DNA from: an uncultured Methanosarcinales archaeon
GTDB taxonomy: Archaea > Nanobdellota > Nanobdellia > Woesearchaeales > CAYSVS01
NCBI GenBank assembly: GCA_964589485.1
Contig: CAZPRK010000003.1
Location: forward strand, 1-64,000
Direction of reading: 5' to 3'
DNA length: 64,000 bases
The stretch's first letter is position 1. Each line of letters begins with the position of its first letter. Below are positions 38,990 to 47,259 of the stretch, one piece after another. The notes under the pieces are model-generated. The model saw nothing but the letters and a program-made list of their open reading frames with translations, made no database searches and was not told the DNA's origin. A program made the translations under genes and the position numbers.

Positions 38990-40126
38990 TTCACTATCCT
39001 TAAAACCATCAAAAACTTTTTCTATTCCATAAATAGTATTTTCCCAAGAAAAACTATTTATTACACTTTGTCTTGCTTTTTCGCCTACTTTTGACATTAA
39101 TTGAGAGTTATTTAATATTTTTTGAAGTTTCATTCTAAGAACATAAATATTTCCCATTGGAAAGAAAAAACCATTTTTTCCTGGTTGAATATATTCAGGA
39201 ATTCTTCCTACTTTTGTTGCAATTACTGCACAACCACATGACATTGCCTCAATTGTAGACAATGAAGTTGTCTCAGTCAAAGAAGGTAAAACATAAACAT
39301 CCATCGCTTGAAGATAGGGAACAACGTCATCCTTAGAACCTACAGCAATAACATCCTTTCTTTTTCCAAAAGTATCTAATAAATCTTTTACTCCAGTTCC
39401 AACAATTAATAATACAGCATTCTGAAGTCTTTTTTTTAATTGAACAAATGCACGATATAAAGTCATTAGATCTTTTTCTCTTCCAATTCGTCCAACAAAA
39501 CCAATTACATTATTTTTAGGATCAATGTTAATATTTCTTTTTGCATCATCTTTATTTAAAGGAGGAATGAATTTTTTAACATTTGTTCCTAATTTTATTA
39601 TAGCTTTAGGTGAAGTTATTTTATTCTCAATAAATTTTTCAGCAATTAATCTACTAGGCATCATTAAAACATCACATTTATTGTAAATATACCTAGAAAA
39701 AAATTTAATAAAATGTTTAATCAAAAATCCCTTAAATTTTTTATGAGTAATACTACTAGGAACTAATTCCCATTCTACTGAATGGACATATGCAACTAAA
39801 TTTTTTTTATACTTATCTGCATACATAGCTGCAAGAGAACCAATAGGACCAATACTTTGAACCCAAACTATATCCGCTTCTTTAATATATTTTCTTATTT
39901 TTAAAAAAGGGGGTTTGGTTGGTGTAAAATCTCCTATCTGAAAATTAAAAGTAGGAAATCTAATAACTGTAACATTATCCATTTCTACTTGATTATTATC
40001 AAATTTAGGTGCAAGTATAGTTATATCAAAATCACCAACTAATCCAGGAACTACTTCATCTAAAAACCTAGAAATACCATCCCATCTTGGTAAAAAGTTA
40101 TCTGTAGCAATGACTATTTTTTTCAT
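38984..40126 (-). CDS. glycosyltransferase family 4
   Basis: TDNFLPRWDG, FVGRIGREK, DVYVLPSLTE, EAMSCG. Confidence 0.92.
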   Translation of the reverse strand: MKKIVIATDNFLPRWDGISRFLDEVVPGLVGDFDITILAPKFDNNQVEMDNVTVIRFPTFNFQIGDFTPTKPPFLKIRKYIKEADIVWVQSIGPIGSLAAMYADKYKKNLVAYVHSVEWELVPSSITHKKFKGFLIKHFIKFFSRYIYNKCDVLMMPSRLIAEKFIENKITSPKAIIKLGTNVKKFIPPLNKDDAKRNINIDPKNNVIGFVGRIGREKDLMTLYRAFVQLKKRLQNAVLLIVGTGVKDLLDTFGKRKDVIAVGSKDDVVPYLQAMDVYVLPSLTETTSLSTIEAMSCGCAVIATKVGRIPEYIQPGKNGFFFPMGNIYVLRMKLQKILNNSQLMSKVGEKARQSVINSFSWENTIYGIEKVFDGFKDSES

Positions 40127-40761
40127 CTGATTTTATAAAACCTCTCTGCGAACCTTTTCCTAACTACAAAACCATTTTTAATAGCTCTAAGATATATTGT
40201 CCAAAGTAAAAAAATCATAGTTAACCATTGACTTGAAAAACATTTTAAAGCTTTTAATTTAATTGAAAAAGTTGAAGAAATATCTTCATACATTTTTGGT
40301 AAATCTCTTTTTCGAATTCTAAAGATATTCCAAACGTCAAACATGTAAACGTCAGCATCATAATCTAAAGCATCCATTTGAGATAACAAAATTTTAGTAA
40401 CCGCTCTATGATCAGGATGAGGGTCTTCATCCGAATGTGTAAAAATTTTATTTGGTTTATAGTTATTCAAAAAATTAAGTATAGATTTTTTAATAGTTGA
40501 TTGGTTTTTTAAAAACGATCCTTCTTTTATACCAATAAAATTAACTCCATTCCCACCAATAATATTATCTGCTTCAATTGCTTCATTTGACCTTATTTTC
40601 ATAGTTACTTCATTCTTTAAATGAGGGTGAGAACTTTCACCATATGAAACTATTATAGTCTTAATTTTTTTACCCTGTTTGGCGTACTTTGCCAATGTTC
40701 CACCTGGACCTAATATCTGATCATCTGAATGTGCACAAACAACTAGTATTTTATCAGTCAT
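40123..40761 (-). CDS. PIG-L/LmbE family deacetylase
   Basis: AHSDD..LG.GGT, HPDH, K..AL..F.SQ. Confidence 0.9.
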   Translation of the reverse strand: MTDKILVVCAHSDDQILGPGGTLAKYAKQGKKIKTIIVSYGESSHPHLKNEVTMKIRSNEAIEADNIIGGNGVNFIGIKEGSFLKNQSTIKKSILNFLNNYKPNKIFTHSDEDPHPDHRAVTKILLSQMDALDYDADVYMFDVWNIFRIRKRDLPKMYEDISSTFSIKLKALKCFSSQWLTMIFLLWTIYLRAIKNGFVVRKRFAERFYKIR

Positions 40762-40820
40762 TAATAGTGTTTAAAAGGTATAGCTTTAAAAATGTTACTG
40801 AGGATAATATGATTATTAAC

Positions 40821-41198
40821 TTAAAACAAATTCTTAATTATAGTATTAGAATAAACCCATTTAATCAACTGTTCTCTATTAGTAAATACTTTCTTATACG
40901 GAAAACCTTCACCGTATTTTTCACAACCATCTTGACTATATTCCCTGCAAACATTTGGTCTTGTTTCATATACTCCACACAAACCATCATCTTGTAAAGC
41001 TTTACATTTAGTTTTAAATTCAACAATCCAATCATTGTCATGATCAATACAAACTAAAATATTTTCATGTAATAAATACCACATTATATTATGAAAATCT
41101 TCCTTTGATCTAGGAGTATCAATACCTATCGCTACATAAACACAACATTTATTGCAATTAGCACATAAATTTTTATTTTCTTCATTAGTTTTAGTCAT
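40821..41198 (-). CDS. YkgJ family cysteine-cluster protein
   Basis: CANCNKCC ... CKAL...LCGVYETRPNVCREY; likely start MTKTNEE at 41198. Confidence 0.85.
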   Translation of the reverse strand: MTKTNEENKNLCANCNKCCVYVAIGIDTPRSKEDFHNIMWYLLHENILVCIDHDNDWIVEFKTKCKALQDDGLCGVYETRPNVCREYSQDGCEKYGEGFPYKKVFTNREQLIKWVYSNTIIKNLF

Positions 41199-41199
41199 T

Positions 41200-41700
41200 T
41201 TAGTAATTATACATGTTAAAGAACGCCTTAAGTCTTGTATGTAACATATGTGCATCATTTATCAACATACTTTCAAATTTATCAGTATATTGACTGAAAA
41301 TATACTTATCTACTAAAGCTCTAAGAAAATAAAAATAAGGTTTATGTTCAAGTCTGTCTTGATAATCTGTAACCAAATAACCATCCATAATAAATTGTAA
41401 ATTTCCTTGCTGTACTTTAACTTTTGCTCCGTCTTTTGTTACTTCCACATCTTTTAATTCTTTTATGAAAATTCTTAATCTAAATTCCGATTTAGCATAA
41501 TCTGTTGTTTTCTTCCAAGGACAAATCTCTAACTCTAAAACTTTTCCTTTGGGAGTTGAAATTTCATGATTACGGCGCTCAAACATATCATAACCTCTTT
41601 CATAAAACCATGCCATAATTAATGAAAAATAATCATGTACATTAAATAACCCATCGTAATTCATACGTAGTTGATCAATGACTAATCTTTTTTCACTCAT
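41200..41700 (-). CDS. hypothetical protein (paralogue C)
   Basis: 166 aa; clearly similar to the two neighbouring ORFs. Confidence 0.8.
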   Translation of the reverse strand: MSEKRLVIDQLRMNYDGLFNVHDYFSLIMAWFYERGYDMFERRNHEISTPKGKVLELEICPWKKTTDYAKSEFRLRIFIKELKDVEVTKDGAKVKVQQGNLQFIMDGYLVTDYQDRLEHKPYFYFLRALVDKYIFSQYTDKFESMLINDAHMLHTRLKAFFNMYNY

Positions 41701-41701
41701 T

Positions 41702-42202
41702 TTAATACCTATACAAATTTAAAAATGTTTTAATACGTGTTTGAATATTATATACATCATTTGCAACCATAGTTTCAAATTTATCAGTATAAATCCTATA
41801 AACAAATTTATCTATTAAACTTCTGAAAAAGTAAAAAAAAGGTTTATTTTCCCATCTGTTTTCATAGTCAGTCTCAACATACCCATCAAGAATGATTTCA
41901 ACTTCTCCTTCATTTAATTTCCTTTTAATTTTATCTTTTTCAACTTCAATTACTTTAATATCATGCATAAAAATCTTTATTCTAATTTCATTCTTAGCAT
42001 AATTTGTTATTTTTTTATAAGGTCTGAATTCAAATTCAATATTTCTTCCTGTTGGTGTAATATTTTCTGCATTTTTTTTTTCAAAAAGGTCATATCCTCT
42101 TTCATATAACCAGTTAGTTAACTCTTTATATAATTCAGTTACACTAAATACACCATTATAAGTAAAATTAAGATTATCAACAACTAATTTTTTTTCAGAC
42201 AT
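41702..42202 (-). CDS. hypothetical protein (paralogue B)
   Basis: 166 aa; TAATG coupling to the upstream gene. Confidence 0.8.
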   Translation of the reverse strand: MSEKKLVVDNLNFTYNGVFSVTELYKELTNWLYERGYDLFEKKNAENITPTGRNIEFEFRPYKKITNYAKNEIRIKIFMHDIKVIEVEKDKIKRKLNEGEVEIILDGYVETDYENRWENKPFFYFFRSLIDKFVYRIYTDKFETMVANDVYNIQTRIKTFLNLYRY

Positions 42203-42750
42203 TAATTATCACCTAAATATCCAGAATATTCATTTCCTTTTGTTTGCATATTTAAATAATTCTTAATAAATGATTGAAATTTAAAAGTTCTATAATAAGT
42301 AGTATCCCACCAAATAGATTCAATTTCACGCTTAATTATATATTTTGAGTAAAAAACAAGTAAAGCTTTTGTAAATTTATTTTGAGCCCATTTATCTTGA
42401 TATTCTACAATCAAGTCACTATCGATATGAATCTCCATTCTAGCCTTCTGCATTTTAGTTTTTTTTCCATTTTTAATTACTTCAACATCAGTAAGATCCC
42501 AAACGTGAAAAAAAACAGTAATAATATGTTGATAGAATTCAGTCACATTCTTATCTGCAATCCATTTAATTTCTAATTCTTTTCCAAAAGGTCCCCCTGG
42601 TTTATGTTTATAAGTATCTTCATGGAACCAATATCTTCTTGCCTTAATATATCCAACCATTGCTTTATACAACCCTTCAAAATCAAATATACCAGTATAT
42701 CTAATGATATGAGTTCTAGGAATTTCCTTAGTCTTATAATTTAGAGGCAT
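42202..42750 (-). CDS. hypothetical protein (paralogue A)
   Basis: 182 aa; YTGIF, RRY..E, VEVIKNGKK motifs shared with B and C. Confidence 0.8.
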   Translation of the reverse strand: MPLNYKTKEIPRTHIIRYTGIFDFEGLYKAMVGYIKARRYWFHEDTYKHKPGGPFGKELEIKWIADKNVTEFYQHIITVFFHVWDLTDVEVIKNGKKTKMQKARMEIHIDSDLIVEYQDKWAQNKFTKALLVFYSKYIIKREIESIWWDTTYYRTFKFQSFIKNYLNMQTKGNEYSGYLGDN

Positions 42751-42823
42751 TGTGTAAAAAGTTATTTTTTCTATTTAAATACTTTGCGCAACCTTTATTA
42801 AAAAGTATTATTTATTAAAGTCA

Positions 42824-43510
42824 ATGAAAAAAATAATTATAATTTTAGCATTGGTTGTATTAGCTGGTTGTGTTTCTGATTGTGGCGAAGAATGTTATAA
42901 TAATGCAGTAAAAGAAAACAATGCAGAATATTGTGAAGATATTAAAGGTTCATTAAAAGACGCGTGTATATTAAGAGTTGCTCAAAATACTAACAATATT
43001 GAATTATGTAACAATCTAGAAGGAAATACAAAAGACCAATGTATTAATCACATTGCAATTAATCAAAGTAAAGAAGAATTGTGTAATTTATTAAAATTTG
43101 ATGGATTTAGTGACACTTGCCTTAAACATTTTGCAGAAAAAAATAATGATTTCCCTAAATGTGAAAATATTACAGATACAAACAGAAAAATAGATTGTCA
43201 ATATAATATTGCAATTAAAACAAATTTCTTAAATTGTAACCCTATTGCAGATAAAAATAAACAAAATAAATGTTTCTTTTACCACGCATATAAAGACCAA
43301 AAGAGTAAAAATTGTAACATGGCTTTTGGAGATGTTCCAGGAAAAATGATTTGTTATAAAAAAGTAGCAAGATTAAGTATGAACCAATCAATATGTAAAA
43401 ATATTGAGTTTACTCAAATACTTAATGATTGTAATAATATGTTTATTAACGGAACATTGAAAGAATCTGAAAACCCTAGAAGAGAAAAAGATTTAGCCAA
43501 GTATGTCTAA
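42824..43510 (+). CDS. Cys-repeat lipoprotein
   Basis: Lipobox VLAGC; about 25-aa repeats C...(I/V)A.....(L)C. Confidence 0.8.
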   Translation: MKKIIIILALVVLAGCVSDCGEECYNNAVKENNAEYCEDIKGSLKDACILRVAQNTNNIELCNNLEGNTKDQCINHIAINQSKEELCNLLKFDGFSDTCLKHFAEKNNDFPKCENITDTNRKIDCQYNIAIKTNFLNCNPIADKNKQNKCFFYHAYKDQKSKNCNMAFGDVPGKMICYKKVARLSMNQSICKNIEFTQILNDCNNMFINGTLKESENPRREKDLAKYV

Positions 43511-44389
43511 AACTTCATCTATGTTATTTGTTCTTGAAATAGTATCTCTTAATTTAGAACCACCTTCAAAACCTTTCAAAAAATATAAAGCTTGCATTTT
43601 AATTTGACTAAACTCAGTTAAACCGTATTTTTGAAATAATTTTAAATATTCTTTAAATAACTTAATTTTAGCTTTTTTATCTATACTTACATTTTTACCT
43701 TTAATTTTCTGAAACACTAAAGGATTTCCTAAAGCTCCCCTAGCAATCATTATACTATCACAACCAACTTCATTATACATTCTATCAGCATCTTCTTTTG
43801 AAGTTACATCCCCATTACCTATAACTGGGATTGATAAGTTATTTTTTAACTCTTTAATACAATTCCAATCTGCTTTTCCAGAATATCCTTGAACCTTTGT
43901 TCTAGGGTGTATGATAATTGCAGATGCTCCTGCTTTTTCAATCATTCTTGCAACTTCTAAATAATTTTTTTCAGAATAACCAGCCCTTATCTTTGATGTA
44001 ACTGGAATTGAACTATTATTAACCATTGTTTTAACTATATTATAAACTTTCTTTGGTTCTAACATTAATGCAGATCCTGCGCCTTGTTTTGTTATTTTTG
44101 GAGCAGGACAACCAAAATTAAAATCAATAACATCACACTTATCTTGAACGAACTTAGTCCCGTAAGCTATACTTTTTAAATTAGTTCCGAATAATTGAAT
44201 TCCATTTGGTTTTTCTTCCTTGACAGTTTTTGTCATTTCTATAGTTTTTTCATTTCCTCTTAACAATGCATCAGTATTAGTCATCTCAGAATAAACTATA
44301 TCAGCACCATATTTTTTACATAAAACCCTAAATGCAATGTCATTTACCTTTGCCATTGGTGAAAGTATAATTTTTTTATTGAAGTTCAT
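43493..44389 (-). CDS. tRNA-dihydrouridine synthase (DusB-like)
   Basis: LSPMA, YSEM, IQLFG, DFNFGCP, GAGSAL, KIRAG, HPRT, GNGDV, MIARGA. Confidence 0.93.
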   Translation of the reverse strand: MNFNKKIILSPMAKVNDIAFRVLCKKYGADIVYSEMTNTDALLRGNEKTIEMTKTVKEEKPNGIQLFGTNLKSIAYGTKFVQDKCDVIDFNFGCPAPKITKQGAGSALMLEPKKVYNIVKTMVNNSSIPVTSKIRAGYSEKNYLEVARMIEKAGASAIIIHPRTKVQGYSGKADWNCIKELKNNLSIPVIGNGDVTSKEDADRMYNEVGCDSIMIARGALGNPLVFQKIKGKNVSIDKKAKIKLFKEYLKLFQKYGLTEFSQIKMQALYFLKGFEGGSKLRDTISRTNNIDEVLDILG

Positions 44390-44420
44390 TTACAAAAGAA
44401 AAATAACTTAATTTAAAAAA

Positions 44421-45554
44421 TTACTTGTTTGTAATAAAAATCAAAGGAACTTCCATTTCTTCTTTACTTGTTCCACCATGGTTTCCTTTTAACTTAAATT
44501 TAGCTTTTTCATTAAACAAATAATCCTTTAGAATGTAATTTTTCTTTGCAATTAAAACATAATCTCCAACTCTAGAAAATAATTCTTTATGTTCTTTACC
44601 TATACCAAAATAATTCTTTTTAATCAAAGTTTCATATGAAACCAAAGAACAAAATTTCTTTAAATATTTAGAATAAATTATCTTAAATTGTTTAACTTTA
44701 CTTGGCCTTACGTAACAAAAAGCTGCTCTAGGTTCACCTGAAATAGGCATTGTTAAACAATCCATAAACCCAGGTATTTTATTTAAATTAATCAATTCAC
44801 TGGGCGAAGAAGTTATTTGGCCATGATCACTAGTAACAATTATACATGTATCTTTCATATTTTGTTGAAGTAAATGAAATAAATTTTCTATTTCTCCAAT
44901 ATGTTTTTTTACTTTACCATTTTCTTTACCATAAGCATGAGATAATGAATCAACTCCTGGCCAATAAAAATAAGTAAAAGATTTTGTATCTTTAGAAATT
45001 ATAGCTAACAATTTATTAAACCCTTCAACTAAAGTTTCATATGGAGCGCACTTTGTTCCTTTAATTGACTTATATGTATAAGGACTATTTATTAAATCAG
45101 CAGGAATAACAGAGAATGAGTTCTTAATTTTACTTGTTGTAGACTTAAAATCAAACCATTTAATTCCATCTATATTTAATACACCTTCCATTCTTGGGAC
45201 AAAATGTAACGGTTTAAATATTGTCCCGAATTCTTTAATATATAAATTCCATGCAACTAATGCATGTTGTTTGGGAGCTAACCCTGTTGCAAAAGATGTT
45301 AATGCTGCAGTGGTTGTACTTGGAAAGACTGTTGTTATTTTACCTAACGAATTTTCTTTTATTACAGATTTACAATGCATCTTAATTAAATCATAACCAA
45401 ATCCATCAAGACACATTAAAACAACATGTTTATATTTTTTAATATCTTTATTTTTAAGTAATTTACATTCACCATAAGGCGTCTTTACTCCAAATGATTT
45501 CATTATAGAAGAAACAACATTAACAATACTTCCATCTTTGTAATTAGGTAACAT
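44421..45554 (-). CDS. alkaline phosphatase superfamily (nucleotide pyrophosphatase/phosphodiesterase)
   Basis: LDGFG, FPSTT, D..SH..G, TSDHG, GNHGG..EEMEVP. Confidence 0.88.
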   Translation of the reverse strand: MLPNYKDGSIVNVVSSIMKSFGVKTPYGECKLLKNKDIKKYKHVVLMCLDGFGYDLIKMHCKSVIKENSLGKITTVFPSTTTAALTSFATGLAPKQHALVAWNLYIKEFGTIFKPLHFVPRMEGVLNIDGIKWFDFKSTTSKIKNSFSVIPADLINSPYTYKSIKGTKCAPYETLVEGFNKLLAIISKDTKSFTYFYWPGVDSLSHAYGKENGKVKKHIGEIENLFHLLQQNMKDTCIIVTSDHGQITSSPSELINLNKIPGFMDCLTMPISGEPRAAFCYVRPSKVKQFKIIYSKYLKKFCSLVSYETLIKKNYFGIGKEHKELFSRVGDYVLIAKKNYILKDYLFNEKAKFKLKGNHGGTSKEEMEVPLIFITNK

Positions 45555-45585
45555 AGGTAATTAAGAATTTTTCAATTTAAATACT

Positions 45586-47259
45586 TTACGTTCTTCTTTT
45601 AAACTTTTTTTCAATTTCACTTAAAGTCATAAAAATCTTAGTAGGTCTACCATGAGGACAAGTATATGGGCTTTTTGTTTTATCTAACCTTATCAATAAA
45701 TCTTTTAACTGAGTATAAGACAAGTCATCACCTTTCATGATTGACCCTCGACAAGCCATACTTGTAACAATAGCTTCTTTCTTTTTATCCAAATTGTTTA
45801 TATCACTTAACATATCCATAAAAATTTCTTTACTTTGAAGTCTTTTCAACATTATAGGCAAAGATCTTAAAATAAAACTATCTTCACCGAAATCTTCTAT
45901 TGTAAATCCAAGTTCCTTAAATAATTCTAAACTAGATTCAATTAATACTTTTTCTTGAGGTGAAACATTTAACACTAATGGAGTTAATAATTGTTGTACT
46001 TCAATAGATTTAGACATATACATATCCATAAACTTATCATAATTAACTCTTTCATCTGCAGCATGTTGATCTAATAAACAAATTCCATCTTCTGTTTCAA
46101 TTATAACAAAACAATTATGTACTTTTCCCAATATTCTTACATTAAGCTCTTCTTTTGGTTCAGTAAATGCAAGTTCACTTTGAGTTGTTTTTTCTACTTT
46201 TTTTCTAGGAATTGGTGCACTTACTTTTACGTCTTCAATAAAAATATTTTGTTGAGTATCTATGTTTTCAGGAAAAAGATTTTCACTATCTAAAGTTTGA
46301 CGTAAAGCTGTAAAAACTATATCTTTCATTTCAGCTTCTCTATTTATTCTAATTTCTTTTTTAGTAGGATGTACATTTACATCTATTAATGAAGGGTCAA
46401 TTTCGATTGATAATATAATAAAAGGATGCCTATGTTTAAAAAGTAAAGTATGGTAAGCATCATAAATAGCACTACTAATTATAGGATTTTTAATATACCT
46501 ATTATTTACATATAAAGATTGATGTGAAGTATCACTCCTTGTTAAATGTGGCTTACCTATAAAGCCTGTTATTTTATATGGACCTTTTTCATACTTCACT
46601 TCAATTAAACTTTTAGCAACTTCTGAATCATATATATCTAAAACTCTTCCTTTCCAATCTGAAATAGGACACATTAAAATTTCCTTTTTATTATGAATTA
46701 ATTTAAAAAAAATATCAGGATGGATTAAACTATATTTAGTAATAACGTCGACAATACTTTGGAACTCTAATTTTAAATTTTTTAAAAACTTTTTTCTTGC
46801 AGGAACATTAAAAAATAAATCTTTTACTTCAATTGTAGTTCCATCTTCATAACCAATGTTAATTTTATCATAAATTTTCCCTGCTTCTATTTTTAATCTT
46901 ATTGCAGTATCATCATCCTTACATTTTGTAGTAAGAATCATATTACTTACGCTAGAAATGCTAGATAAAGCTTCTCCCCTAAAACCTAAGGTTTGAATTT
47001 TAAATAAATCATCTACATTTTTTAATTTACTTGTAGCATGCCTTTCAATACTAAGTTCAGCATCTTCATCAGACATTCCAACTCCATTATCTTTTATTCT
47101 GATTAAACCAAATCCCGAATCATCTATTTCAACAAATATTTTTGTAGCTTTTGCATCTATTGAATTTTCAATTAATTCTTTTACAACAGAAGAAGGTCTT
47201 TCTATTACTTCACCTGCTGCAATTTTATTAATTAAATTTTGATCTAATTTATTTATCAT
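45586..47259 (-). CDS. mutL: DNA mismatch repair endonuclease MutL
   Basis: IAAGEVIERP, GFRGEAL, DVNVHP, DQHAADER, ACR, CPHGRP. Confidence 0.97.
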   Translation of the reverse strand: MINKLDQNLINKIAAGEVIERPSSVVKELIENSIDAKATKIFVEIDDSGFGLIRIKDNGVGMSDEDAELSIERHATSKLKNVDDLFKIQTLGFRGEALSSISSVSNMILTTKCKDDDTAIRLKIEAGKIYDKINIGYEDGTTIEVKDLFFNVPARKKFLKNLKLEFQSIVDVITKYSLIHPDIFFKLIHNKKEILMCPISDWKGRVLDIYDSEVAKSLIEVKYEKGPYKITGFIGKPHLTRSDTSHQSLYVNNRYIKNPIISSAIYDAYHTLLFKHRHPFIILSIEIDPSLIDVNVHPTKKEIRINREAEMKDIVFTALRQTLDSENLFPENIDTQQNIFIEDVKVSAPIPRKKVEKTTQSELAFTEPKEELNVRILGKVHNCFVIIETEDGICLLDQHAADERVNYDKFMDMYMSKSIEVQQLLTPLVLNVSPQEKVLIESSLELFKELGFTIEDFGEDSFILRSLPIMLKRLQSKEIFMDMLSDINNLDKKKEAIVTSMACRGSIMKGDDLSYTQLKDLLIRLDKTKSPYTCPHGRPTKIFMTLSEIEKKFKRRT

